DNA from: Antedon mediterranea
Taxonomy: Eukaryota; Animalia; Echinodermata
DNA: 64,000 bases
Reading direction: 5' to 3'
Assembly: GCF_964355755.1 (NCBI RefSeq)
Contig: NC_092670.1
Location: 26,584,795 to 26,648,794 of the forward strand
A model generated the notes under the pieces. It ran no database searches, was not told the origin of the DNA, and was given only the letters and a program-made list of their open reading frames with translations. This document shows, piece by piece, positions 10,826 to 23,257 of the stretch (position 1 is its first letter; each line of letters starts with the position of its first letter). The translations under genes and the position numbers were made by a program.

Positions 10826-13800
10826 ATGCGACGAATGTTGCTGGCCGTCAAATCGTAAGTCGCCTTTTCTTTATTGTTAATCAATTATCCAAACAACGTT
10901 TCCTCATAGACACTGGGGCAGAAGTTAGCGTTGTTCCACCTACTCGCCATGAGCGTCTACATAGGCGACAAGAGTCTACTTTGACTGCCGCAAATAATAC
11001 ATCTATCAACACTTATGGACATCGCTCTGTAACCTTAGACTTAGGTTTGAGACGAACATCTCAATGGTTATTTGTTGTCGCAGACGTCACACACCCCATC
11101 ATAGGGGCTGATTTTTTAAGACATTTTGGACTGTTAGTCGATATGAATAATCGACGACTCATTGACACTACCACCAACCTGAGTATTCAAGGTGTCGCCT
11201 CCAAAACTTCGCCTCTCGGTCTTATATTTACCACCCTTGAGGCTAAGTCCAATTGGGACTACATTCTTACAAAATTCCCAAACATTACACGCCCTTGTTA
11301 TCAGGAAGCGTCGCTAAAACACGATGTGACACATCATATTCAGACCCATGGTCCACCAATTTCGTCACATCCTCGACGGCTCGCACATGACCGCTGCAAA
11401 ACAGCCAGACATGAATTTGAACACATGATGCAGCTTGGAATTATACGCCCCTCTAAAAGTAACTGGGCATCACCTTTACATATGGTGCCTAAGAAAACTC
11501 CTGGGGATTGGCGTCCCTGTGGGGATTATCGAGCATTGAACAATGCTACTGTTGCAGATCGGTATCCTATCCCGTACATGCACGATTTTACAGCATCTCT
11601 GCACGGATCCACTATATTTTCTAAGATTGATCTCGTCCGAGCTTACCATCAGATACCAGTTGAACCTGCTGATGTTCATAAAACAGCAATTACTACACCA
11701 TTTGGACTTTTTGAATTTGTTAGAATGCCATTTGGCCTCCGCAATGCCGCTCAAACTTTTCAACGTTTTATTGATCAGGTAACGCGTGGATTGGATTTTT
11801 GCTACGCTTATATCGACGACCTGCTTGTTGCAAGTTCCAACGCCGAGGAACACGAAACTCATCTTCATCAACTATTCACACGTCTTAATGAGTATGGCGT
11901 TGTTCTCAACCCAGCGAAATGCCAATTTGGAGTTTCGTCACTCGAGTTTCTTGGACATCATGTTGATTCGCAAGGTGTCCGACCACTTCAAGTAAAGGTC
12001 GAAGCGATACAAAACTTTCCACAACCAACTTCTTTACGCAAACTACGTGAATTCCTTGGACTTATTAACTTTTATAGGCGATTTATACCGCAGTGTGCCC
12101 AGATTTTACAACCTGTCACAGCTCTACTTGTTGGGGCAGGTAAGAAACAGGATCTGGTATGGACCGACGCAGCTTTATTGGGATTTAATAATATTAAAGT
12201 CGCCCTCGCAAGTGCTACACTTCTCACCCATCCGCAGCCAGATGCACCTTTAAGTATCATGGTTGACGCTTCGGATGTGGCCATAGGGGGTATACTACAA
12301 CAATGCATTGACAACAATTGGCAACCTATTTCATTTTTCTCACAGAAGTTGAAACCAGCGCAGACGCGATACAGCACATTTGGTCGTGAACTTTTGGCGA
12401 CATACCTTTCAGTTAAACATTTTCGTCATTCACTTGAAGGACGCTCATTTCATATTTTTACTGACCATAAGCCACTTGTGTATGCTTTACTCGCCAAACC
12501 AAATCGTCACTCGCCACGCGAAATCCGTCATCTCGATTTCATATCTCAATTCAAAACGGACATACGCCATGTGAGTGGAAAAGCTAATGCAGCAGCTGAT
12601 GCATTGTCGCGTATCGAACTTAATACTTTCAGTCACAACACAACTAACATTGTTGATTTTAGTCTTATTGCTGCTGCACAAAAGAATGACGATGAATTGC
12701 ACAAGCTACTTGAATCACCGTTTTCACTACAATTTCAAAACTTTCCAATTCCAACTTCTGACTCTACAATTCTTTGTGATATTTCCAAAGGCAATCCACG
12801 TCCATATATTCCACAAGAATTCAGACGCATAATATTTGACACTCTACATTCGCTATCACATCCTGGTATACGAGCAACATAACGTTTAATTACTGACCGT
12901 TTCGTATGGCCAGCAATCAATCGTGATGTACGACGATGGTCTCAAACATGCATTCAATGTCAACGTTCCAAAGTACACCGGCACACCGTTTCGCCACTCT
13001 CTACTTTTTCTACACCTGACGCCCGTTTTGACCATGTACATATAGATATTGTTGGACCTCTCCCTCCGTCAAATGGTTTTTCTTATTTACTCACTTTTAT
13101 CGATCGTTTTACTCGATGGCCCGAAGCCGTACCTATTCCGGATATCACAGCCGATACTGTCGCACACGCATTTGTCAATCGATGGATCGCTTCATTCGGA
13201 ATACCTTCAACCATTACAACAGATCGAGGAAGACAATTTGAATCTGCATTATTTCATTCACTCGCCAACTTACTAGGAACTAAGCACATTCATACAACTG
13301 CCTACCATCCTATTGCGAACGGACTTGTAGAACGTTTTCATCGACATTTGAAGGGTTCTCTCAAAGCACATAATGATCACACTAAATGGACAGAACATTT
13401 ACCTATAGTACTTTTAGGCATTCGTACAGCCCTTAAGGCTGATCTAGGTCATAGTGCAGCTGAACTTGTTTATGGCACTACTTTAAGATTACCTGGACAA
13501 TTCTTTAATTCAAACTCTGAACATTGTGATTATTCTAATTATATTGATAGATTGCGTGATAATATGAGTAAACTACGTCCCACACCTACCCGCACCAACT
13601 CTAACCGTAAATCCTATATCAATCAAGAAATATTTAATTGTACCCATGTTTTTGTGCGAAGGGACTCTGTTCGAAAACCCTTACAACGTCCATATGATGG
13701 TCCATTTAAGGTATTAAGTCGAACAGACAAACACTTTGTTCTCGATCTAAATGGTCGACAGGACACAGTCAGTATTGATCGTTTAAAGGTAGCTCATTTG

Positions 13801-13998
13801 GATACTGATATATTTAAAAACCAAGAGCAAACCCTCACTCCCAAGCTACAAGCATCACCCCTAGTCAAACCAACCAACCCGTCACCCATTTTGGCAACCC
13901 CTCCCCGTACTACTCGTTCATTTCCCTCAACGTTTTGTCTCGTTCTATCATTAATTCTTTCACTGGAAGGGGGCTCCTGTAGCAGACCTACCACATAG
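10783..13998 (+). pseudogene. pol: Pol (protease, RT, RNase H, integrase), -1 frame to gag, one premature stop
   Basis: [30 protein letters not shown]; TAA at 12880-12882, after which the same frame reads [40 protein letters not shown]. Confidence 0.92.
13965..13977 (+). promoter_or_regulatory. Polypurine tract
   Basis: GGAAGGGGG(CTCC) immediately before the 3' LTR. Confidence 0.75.
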
Positions 13999-14415
13999 CT
14001 TTTAAACAATTCAACATTTACTTTTAATTTGATTATTTATACATCCTCTATATATCTCTTTATTTAACCTCACATTGACAGGTTACCTTCCTGTTACCTT
14101 CACTTTTCTAGCTAATGGATTTTAAGAATGTTAATGACTCTAACAGAAAACCACATTAATTCTCTTAATCCTTATTGGTCAGATGAGATGGGCCAAGCCC
14201 AATATTACCATGCACTGACCACATTATTAACACACTCTTTTCTCAACCAGCATCTTAGCTACACCGTTTACTGCATTGTCTTATCAAATATTGTATATTG
14301 TATATTTTATCTATTTATTGAGAATCCTCACTTGATTCACTTGGAATAAATTGCATAGTTTACTGTATACATTTAGTAGTTGTTTTGTTTTACCGTTGCG
14401 CCGACAATTACTAAA
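13978..14415 (+). repeat. 3' LTR (438 bp)
   Basis: TGTAGCAGAC...ATTACTAAA followed by TSD AACC. Confidence 0.95.
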
Positions 14416-14580
14416 AACCCATTGACTTGTTTATTGACCCCTAACTAAGTTTATTTTGCTTCCCCGGCGTGGTACCTAAAAATAGGGTTACCGAGAGTTG
14501 ACTGCATTGTTATTGCCATGATTAAACTCTGCGTACGTTACCATGCACGCTATGTCATTGACGTAATTATTTGTCGGTAA

Positions 14581-15196
14581 AGCCTGTTTTCCTGTCGATC
14601 GTTATGTTGCGATAAGTTGACAGATTCAACGATTTGACAGGAAAAGGGGGTAAAAATTTATGTTTAAAATTGTTAAAATCTTCAATCATTAAAGTTGAAC
14701 TCGGTTCAGATCATTAAAACTGACCAATCAAATGGTTCACAAATTACGTCATTGCAGTTTGTGAAAAAATAGGTACGCGCTGACAATTCTTGAATTTTTA
14801 CAACGCGACAATGTTTTTCGCCTTTTTTGTACACTTTTAAGGTCTGATATTTAGAAAAAACAAGTGTAAGTCAAATTAAATTATAATATTAAACCAATTA
14901 AATTTAATCTTTTTCTTTAGTGTAAGCCTAGATTAGGATATATCAACGAAAGCATGTCCTAAGCTGGGTTGAAGCATCAACACCTGTAACTTTTTCAATT
15001 TTCATGCAGACCCGGCTGTGCGTGGCCGGCCTTAGTTTTGTAACACTTTACGTCCGCGTATCGCAGCAACGCTCGAGAGAACCAAGAAACTATGAACGAT
15101 CGCGTGAAAATGTGTAAATATTAGCGGTCCGACTCGATCATTGTCATCGCTATTTTATTTTCAACTTTAACGATTTTAAACTCGGGAAAACAGGCT
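14581..15196. mobile_element. PIF/Harbinger-like MITE
   Basis: TIR AGCCTGTTTTCC / GGAAAACAGGCT with TAA on both sides. Confidence 0.75.
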
Positions 15197-15715
15197 TAAA
15201 CACATTTTGATGTATTATTATTCTGAAAATAATTGAACTGTAAACATAATTCTTTTTGATTCGTTTGTTTATTTACCCCCGCCAAGGATATATGTTATAT
15301 GTTAAAAGATAGGACAGAATTTTTCAAAAGCCGGCGAAGAGTCTTAAATAAAGTAACAAGTAAACTAAAATTTTTGTACAAGAGGCAAGAGTTATAATTT
15401 GTGATTTTTAATTTTAAAAACATTTCTTTTTAAATTCACCCATTTTTTTTTGGCGTTGCTGTTCTGTTGTTAGTCAACAGAAGTCATTCAATCAGATCAG
15501 CTATTTTTTATTTCCATTACATCTATTCTAACCAAACATGTAAAAAATGTAGTTAAAATTGCGTATCATCTAGCATGTACGACCATGCGCGCTAGATTGT
15601 TTACTCTGTTTGTCTTCCTACGTCAAGATAATATAGTTCTACATGCAATGTGCTTTTTTCTCTGAGAAATATTGATTATAAGTGCCAAAAAAACGTTTTG
15701 AAACGGATGCGTCCG

Positions 15716-16557
15716 AAGTAGTGTTGAGTCAGACCGGCAGGTCCGCACCGTGTCTGGCTATCAGTCTGCCTTGGGTGCTGTAATTCCAACCTTTAAAGAT
15801 GCCTCTAGCATACCTACATCTCCTGCAATGTCAGGTTTGCTTTACAAGATGTTTAGAGAACGGCCTCAGGTTAAGACCCTAGTTCCTGTTGGGACGTCAG
15901 TATCATACTAGCCGTTCTGATACATTAGTCAGATGCCTTTCGACAAGGCCCATTACAATTCTGACCTCTTATTCTTATTCACACTCCTTCCTCAGATCGG
16001 GTTAGGTTTGAGTGTGGCTAGTATTGATGCTTGACGGCTCGCAGATTGCTGACTGTGTTTGTCATTCCCTTAATTTTGGGTGATATATACATATATACTT
16101 GTCTCCAGTGAGGGAAGTTAAGTTACAATCCACTACACTGCTAGAAGGAGTGTCTCAATATCACTGCCTTGGTGCCCCACACCAGTCAGGTGCAAAGTCA
16201 ACAACTGAAATGAAAAATGTGCTTTATCAGACACTCCACCACCGGTTCACATGCATCAGTTTTGTGTGATTGCGTAGGTGTTGTATACTGGTGGTACCAG
16301 CAAGGTGGCGTACACAGTCAGTATTCACATCTCCTACCTATCGAATATCTCCACAAACCTTGCACCAGACAGCCACAGCAGAGCTGAAAGTAATGGATAC
16401 ACAAAGCTATTTTAAACTTGTCTCCCACCGCAGACTAGTATCTAGTCCGGTGCTACACTGGCTAATGTTGGTTTATCCAGGTAAGCTAGGCACGAAATAG
16501 ACTACACAAACCAACAGTGGTGTTGGTAGTCTATGAGTGCCGCTTACCTGGATAAAC
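15716..16557 (+). pseudogene. Degenerate DIRS-type retroelement 3' part (tyrosine recombinase remnant + terminal hairpin)
   Basis: GYQSALGAV..MFRERPQVKTLVP(fs)WDVSIILAVL and ARWRTQSVFTS..YL resemble DIRS YR motifs; hairpin CAGGTAAGC..GCTTACCTG at 16471-16557. Confidence 0.55.
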
Positions 16558-17397
16558 GATATTTCGGTGTATAAGTCGCACTTTTGACCTCTAAATTAAG
16601 GGTGCGTCTTATACACCGAACATAAATGCCTCACCACACAGATTGTACATAGGCCTAGGCCTAGGCTATTGTCACCTCGTTTGCTAGGCCTGAGTAGGCT
16701 AGGCCTAGCTACAGTAACTAACTAACATAACGGCAAATATTCTGCCTAGTTTTCAAGTCATTTTAGCATGATGTTATACTAAATATGATGAAAAGATTTG
16801 TTCATTATGGCGCTCCGATAAAATTTCATTTGTAAACGTTTATACACGTACGATTGGAATAGTATTTATTTATACAGTAGTTATACGCACGATCGCCGTA
16901 CCCCCAGCGCAAGCCCTTCTTTTGGTGGCCACACGGTGTACGGTATTCGACTAGTATATTCTCCAGGTGATTATAGCATGGACCTAGCGTACACACTTCT
17001 CGGATATATAGATACTAATCGAATACGATTGTCCGTTAAAACGTGTGCCCTCTCGAAATGATCGAGCGAGGCTAGCCCACACACGTACATCGTGTTACAC
17101 ACATGGTCATGCACTCGATGTTGCGGCGAAACTCATGAATAACAAGTTAGAAAGAACTTGTTGAGGCTGGGCGCGGCCGAGCCTAGGTAAGAAAAAACCT
17201 AAATAAAGGACGCCGTTGTAGATATAACAAAATATATTATTACAATAATATTGATTACTTACAATTTAAAAAAAGTTGTTTTGATGAAATATAAGGTGCG
17301 TCTTATACATCTACGATATAAAAAATACCGATATTTTACTCTCAGTTAGGGGGTGCGTCTTATACACAGGTGCGACTTATACACCGAAATATACGGG
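16557..17397. mobile_element. Tc2/pogo-like MITE
   Basis: TIR ATTTCGGTGTATAAGTCGCAC / GTGCGACTTATACACCGAAATATACGG; subterminal GGTGCGTCTTATACA repeats. Confidence 0.7.
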
Positions 17398-19429
17398 TAA
17401 GCAACTTTATATAGTATAAATATTTAATAACATATTTTATTGATATTTCCAATGGTGATAGCTATAAAATAAAATACTATAAAATGTAAATTATATGTAC
17501 TTATTTTAGCAAAAAACGATTTTCGACTGCAATTTGTTTACATCATTTGTGGCTAAAAACGATAATTTTCGACGATGTTTTAGACCCTCTATATTTCGAA
17601 AACTCATAAAAAAGTCATATTTTCGTAGTTCTTTTTTATTGGAATATTGATACAAAATACTAACGTAACAGATAATGTTTAATTTGGTTGAAAAATAACA
17701 ACTTTTAATTTTGCATTGTTATCTCTACTAAAAAGCATATGTCACATAATTAACCATACATTTTTTTCTAGAGACAGAAACTCAAAATATTAGAATAATG
17801 CCAAGGACATTTTCGTTTCAATGTTATCAAATTTGTCTTTATTTTGCCGGAGTATGGATTATGCAAATTTTAGGAAAATTATTCACAATTTTTAATTTAT
17901 CTTTGACTACCAAATGCATAAAATTGCTAATTATTTCATGAAAAAAACTATAACTCTTCACCAGAACCTATTTCTACTCTTCAAAATAAAATTTGACCTT
18001 ATAAATGACCTTTTTGAAATTATGAATAAACGGACTCATCTGACGATGACCATATATGGCCTACTGTAGGCCTATCGGGAGCCGCTTCGGGAGCGTCGTA
18101 GCCACAGGGCATTTATTTTGAGCTTGGTCCGCCATCTCAGATCTGAACTTAGGAAATTTTAAGACAAAAATATGCCGGAAACTTATGAAACACGTTTGGT
18201 ATCAAAATGTTTGTCAAAAGCCAAGCTTCAACAAACTGAAAATGGAAATACATTTGAAACTGGCATGAAATATAAAAAATAGATACTGTACTATACAAAT
18301 TCAGAAGATTACACAAAAATACTTTAAAAGCTAAGTCTTATGTACACAGATTAAAAGCTTTTAATTATCATAAAATTATTAAACTATTTGCAATACAAAA
18401 AACCGCCACGAACAACAGGTTGAATCTAAACACAATAAACTATAATAATACATTCAACTATGCAACAATAACATGAACAAAGATCGAGACATTATAGAGA
18501 TTTAACAATTTTACCCTTAAATACATTTAAGCTACTGTATCATAAAATAAATCAATATCCAAACAAGTAACAAGCAACCTAGTAAATGTGTTACCTTGTT
18601 TTGATACATTAACTCTACAATTTCATATCTTTTTTGCCGTGAATTTATCAAAAGTATGATGTTGGCTATAATGGCGTAACAGGATCGGTTCGTTCTTGTC
18701 TTAGGGACACAGAACCTACCACTTCGGGATTGAATAAATTGATCATTTAGGGGATGACAGTATAAGACAATACACTTTGAATCATCGTTGTATAAAACAA
18801 CTTTATAATAAAGACACCTTTCCTACAATTTGTGACGTTTTGTAAAAATAATACATATTATTTTAAAAACAATAAACCAGGTCATTCCTTGTCTTAAATA
18901 TACGTTTTATGGTAAATTATGATAAAAAGTGAGAAACAACGCACTACCTAATTAGCTCGCGACGAATGACCTCTCGTGGACGGCCTTTAGGCCTAGCCTA
19001 GCTAGGCTTAGTTTTGTAGGCCTAGCTGGTAAACATCAGTAACGTACAAACATCGTACGCTAGCTATACCTAACCTGACGTTGTAAAGTTGCTGCAATAA
19101 TTGTCTTTCTGTTTTTGCCAGACTCCGTTGATACAAATTGGAGAAAACCCGGTATTTTTGCTGAAAAGTTAGGAGTCTTCCATTTGTTTTGGTCTCACGA
19201 TCGATCGAAAAGTGGGTGAATTACAGAAGAAAAACAAAAATATCAATCCGCGCGCAATGCATTTTGGAATTTCCGCTATAATTATTAGAATCGACTTATT
19301 TTTCACATTTTTAACCGTTTAAAGACGAAAAAAGTTATCGCAATAGGACCATATATTATTATTTTTACATTAAATATGGTTTGTGATCTTAAATTAGATC
19401 TAAAAAACGTAGGGAAGGGATCTTTAATA

Positions 19430-19800
19430 GTAATAATAATATAATAATATATATTAATTTGTAAAGCGCCAATTCTTTCTAGCAACAAGTGATCAAAGGT
19501 GCTGTGGACTTAGATGTTACACCGTTTCAACAACATTCTTCTTCCCTATAAGGGTCCCATCGTGTCATTGGCATTTACGGCGCCATTACGTCTGTCCAAG
19601 ACAGTGTGTGTGTATGAACTAGTACACCGGGGTAACCTCCTACTCGTCTCGAAAGATGTACTAGGTTCTTTAAAGTGCACATGAGCCATATTACACTGGA
19701 CATAACGGTTTATAGTACTTATTCGAGAAGACTTGTTCTACCACCAGAACCATGGAGCGAGTAATCCTCGAACCCTTGCCGATGTAATGGCTATGGATTA
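19430..19800 (-). mobile_element. Deu/Nin-domain SINE with LINE-type 3' tail
   Basis: Minus strand GTCTTCTCGAATAAGTACTATAAACCG..GCACTTTAAAGAACCTAG..TTTCGAGACGAGTAGGAGGTTACCCCGGTG resembles the Deu-SINE core; ends GGCGCTTTACAAAT plus (ATT)n. Confidence 0.7.
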
Positions 19801-20824
19801 CGCTGCGTAGGGTACGAACGGAGCATGAAAATCATGTGTTTTACTCTTGAATTATAATTTTCCAGCCTTTTCTTGTCATTTTAAAAAAGATTGACATCAT
19901 TTCAAATTAAAATGACGTTATACGAACATGTTGATTTAGACCATTTGCGCACGTTTTAGTTGAAAAAGTTACAAAATATTGTCAAAATAATGTCTATTTT
20001 GAATCTATTATAGCTCTTCAGGATCAAAGGTGACCCCCATTTGTTTAACTTATATAAGAAGATAAGTTGTAGATATGAATTCATGCAGAATTTTTACCTC
20101 TCGGATGTTATGACGTCAGACACGCGCATTTAACATTTAGAAATATGCAAAAACTAGATTTGAACTTGTCACTTTGACACAAAATGCATGCATACATTAA
20201 ACTATATGAACGCCGACTATTATTATGCCATCCTATGACATGAATTAAATATGTTTACAGTGCTGAATTGTACTCGTCATACAGCATATTGCAGTATTTA
20301 CAGAATACACTGTATGTTATATACGGTGTAGCATAGATGAAATTACAAGACCCATCTATTAAATCCAATTATTAACTTGATGACGTCATCAAATTTACAT
20401 ATAAAGATAACTATTTTAGAAGATAACATAACATAAAATATTGTTAAAAAATTTTTAAATGTAAAAAAAAATATATATTGTGTTAAAAAACAGTGTTGGT
20501 ATTGTTTCTTTTCATTAAATGTTATTTTCTGTAAGTATATGTTTTTTATAATTCTGGTATTTAAATATTTAATTGATTTTCAAACCGCCATTATGTGTGC
20601 GATTCAATTTTGAGTGCCGGGCTGGGCGTATTCTTGGCTGCGCCTACATGTTAAGTTATTAGTCTAAAGCCTAATGAAATCAAGAAAAAACTGACTAATT
20701 TTTAATTTAGCAAAGTAATTACCTCAATAATATAATGTTAGCATGTTTAATTTTATTTAATACTACCTGTATATCTTAAGGTTTTAAGTTTATTCTCTAA
20801 GGGCCCATAAATGTACTTACTTGT

Positions 20825-20902
20825 GTTAAACCATGGAGGGATACCTTCATGATTGGTTTCCCTCCATGGTTAAACCATGAAGGTATACCTCCATGGTTAA
20901 AC
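20825..20902. mobile_element. Two stacked mini-palindromes (37 and 20 bp) separated by three GTTAAAC copies
   Basis: GTTAAAC-CATGGAGGGA..TCCCTCCATG-GTTAAAC-CATGAAGGTATACCTCCATG-GTTAAAC. Confidence 0.8.
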
Positions 20903-21019
20903 CAAATAATCTGGATTGTTCCATTGATTGCAAATCAATACATTTGTATAAAAGTATATTAAATCTATCAAAATAGTATTTTTTAAAGAAAATCGGCCTT
21001 CAACATTATGGTGCTGTAC

Positions 21020-21545
21020 TCGAGCTGATCAACCGAAAATCAATCTGGATTTCAACCAAACTTCTCTATTCTATCCTCCCTTATTAATGTAACAAAAAAG
21101 ATTGGATTGAAGCAATAGAAAAGGGGAAATACTGTAACAGTATGTTGGCCTTATTATGTTAGACTTAAAGAAGGCATTTGACACAGTCGATCACGATATC
21201 CTTATTAAAAGTATTTTTCCCCCTCCGCACTAGTTCTTACCTATCTAAGCTACCTATCTTATCGTAATCAAAAAAAAAATTTTAATGGTGCTTCCACTAA
21301 ACAATGCCAAATAAAGTGTGGCATACCACAAGGTTCCATTTTGGGCCCACTGTTGTTTTTTTTTATATGTTAATAACTTTCATGAAGCTGTAGAACATGT
21401 AACAGTTAGTATGTATGCAGACGATACTGCTCTGTACTATGCCTCTGATAAAATAAATGTTACACAAAAACTTAACACAGACTTGAAAAATATAAGAAAA
21501 TGGCTAATTAGTAATAAATGTTAATAAGACTGAATTAATGATATA
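21020..21545 (+). pseudogene. CR1/L2-group LINE RT fragment
   Basis: NQSGF, DLKKAFDTVDHDILIK, GIPQGSILGPLLF, MYADDT with frameshifts. Confidence 0.85.
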
Positions 21546-21659
21546 TATATTGGAACACACCACACACACTTTTAATATAAGAAGAACTTTAGAAGGCAAT
21601 TACCTAAATAATTACATTAATGAATATTTGAAAAACTTTTGGCATGAAAAAGTCAGTTG

Positions 21660-22610
21660 TGAGCTATTTTAAACGCGGTGAATTTATTTGAAATAGATGA
21701 AAATCAGACTTTTTGAATTCAACTGGCGATATGCTGATGTCATGAAATCAGATAGACAAAGTTTGTATATGATTTCATATCTACAATTCAACAACTTCCA
21801 TAATAATTGTTTTAATCAGGTAGATCACTGTTCATTCCGATGAGCTATAACAGATTAAAATATACTGTATAGATGAAATAATAAGTAAGGCACGTTTTTT
21901 AAATATTTTTATATGACGACGTAATAAAAATTATTTTGTTGTAACTCATGTGAAAGAAAATTGATTGAGAAAGAACATATTGAAATCTAGGAGAAAATGG
22001 GGAATGCATTAGCGCAACACTATATTAAATGGTATTAACTAGTACAAAAAAGTAAAAAAATCTATTTTTTAAATTCGAGTGGCCATATGATGACGTCAGA
22101 ACATCCTGTAGGACAAATTGTACATGAATTAATATTTACAACTCATTAGCTTCCATAATACATTAAAAAAAAATCGGGGTAACCAGCCATCCTGAAGAGC
22201 TATTAAATAACTGATAAATTAAATTAAATTACCTCTTCTTTAGCACACGATTATTAAAGTTATAACGTGCACATGCGTCGTTATTTTACTATTAAAGTTC
22301 ATCAAAATGAATAAAATCTACTGCAGAAGGTATGAAAAACAAAATTCAATTGCAAAAAACATTTTTATACACTTTATACAAGGTGTGCACAAAATGCAAA
22401 CAAATTATAAAATTTTCAAGTGCTCAAAATAACCTGAAATTGACAATAATTGAAAAAAAAAAAATTAATTTCAGGTAATTTTTTGCTTAGCATGCTATTT
22501 TTATCATGTCAAAATTTGCTCTATATTATGAATAACCAATAAAAAACATTTTTTTTTTAAATACAATCAAAATTAGTGTATCAATTTTTTAAAACTGTCA
22601 CAACACAATG
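21660..22610 (-). repeat. Copy of the DINE-1/Helentron-like repeat family
   Basis: Shares inverted blocks with 23258-24846 and direct blocks with 29290-29990 (e.g. TAGCATGCTATTTT.ATCATGTCAAAATTTGC). Confidence 0.55.
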
Positions 22611-22897
22611 CGCGTTTATTGGGATACCTAGTATAAATCCCCTAATTATGTGGTTAAATTGCTGGATACCTATGAATAAAGGAAGGTCATGGCTCATTAC
22701 TTGTTGCACTCAACCAGAAATAGTCAAATAAGAGCTTTCAAAACTTGCTAAGTATGTCCAATTGGTTTATTTTCTATCAATTAGTGTTGTATATTATTTT
22801 CTTCCATTTTAATGATTAAATGTTATATTGCATGCTCATATCTCTTTTGTAAACAAAATAACTTTGTGCGCCATCTACTTATACCTGCCCTGCTTTA

Positions 22898-23080
22898 AGC
22901 TTGGTTCCCACTAGATAGAACGTAACGCAAGGACGTAAACGCAACGCAAGCGTTTTAACCAATGACAAGTGAAGTTATAGACAGTTAGCAATCACAAGCG
23001 AATAAGCCATCGCTTGTGATTGGTCAATTCACTTGCGTTGCGTTACGTCCTTGTGATGCGTCGCTAGTGGGAACCACGCT
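22898..23080. mobile_element. PIF/Harbinger-like MITE (183 bp)
   Basis: TIR AGCTTGGTTCCCACTAG / CTAGTGGGAACCACGCT, TSD TTA, near-palindromic interior. Confidence 0.85.
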
Positions 23081-23257
23081 TTAGAGGCCAAAACATGAAC
23101 ATTTTAAAAAGCCCAGCCATTCAATTTAAGATAAAAGGAGCTGATTCATTTTATCAAAGTTTTCTTTAGAACAGTAAGTGTTTTATAATTTCACAAATAA
23201 TTAATGCATATTAAAGTAGTTGGTTGGGAAGAATATTTCCATTCAATGAAAGCCTAA

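Larger units (their letters stand above)
9467..14415 (+). mobile_element. Full-length Ty3/Gypsy LTR retrotransposon, CsRn1/Boudicca-like lineage
   Basis: Two near-identical LTRs, 4-bp TSD AACC (9463-9466, 14416-14419), tRNA-Trp-type PBS, PPT, CHCC Gag, PR-RT-RNaseH-IN order. Confidence 0.95.

Noticed and set aside
12880-12882. Programmed stop-codon readthrough in pol
   Set aside because: The stop falls inside the integrase zinc finger; a simple nonsense mutation is more parsimonious.
9883-14009. Alternative-frame and antisense ORFs in the Gypsy element
   Set aside because: Shadows of gag/pol with no recognisable motifs.
16160-16205. Thioredoxin-like peptide VDFAPDWCG on the minus strand
   Set aside because: No CxxC, stop follows within a few codons, and the region is better explained as a + strand DIRS remnant.
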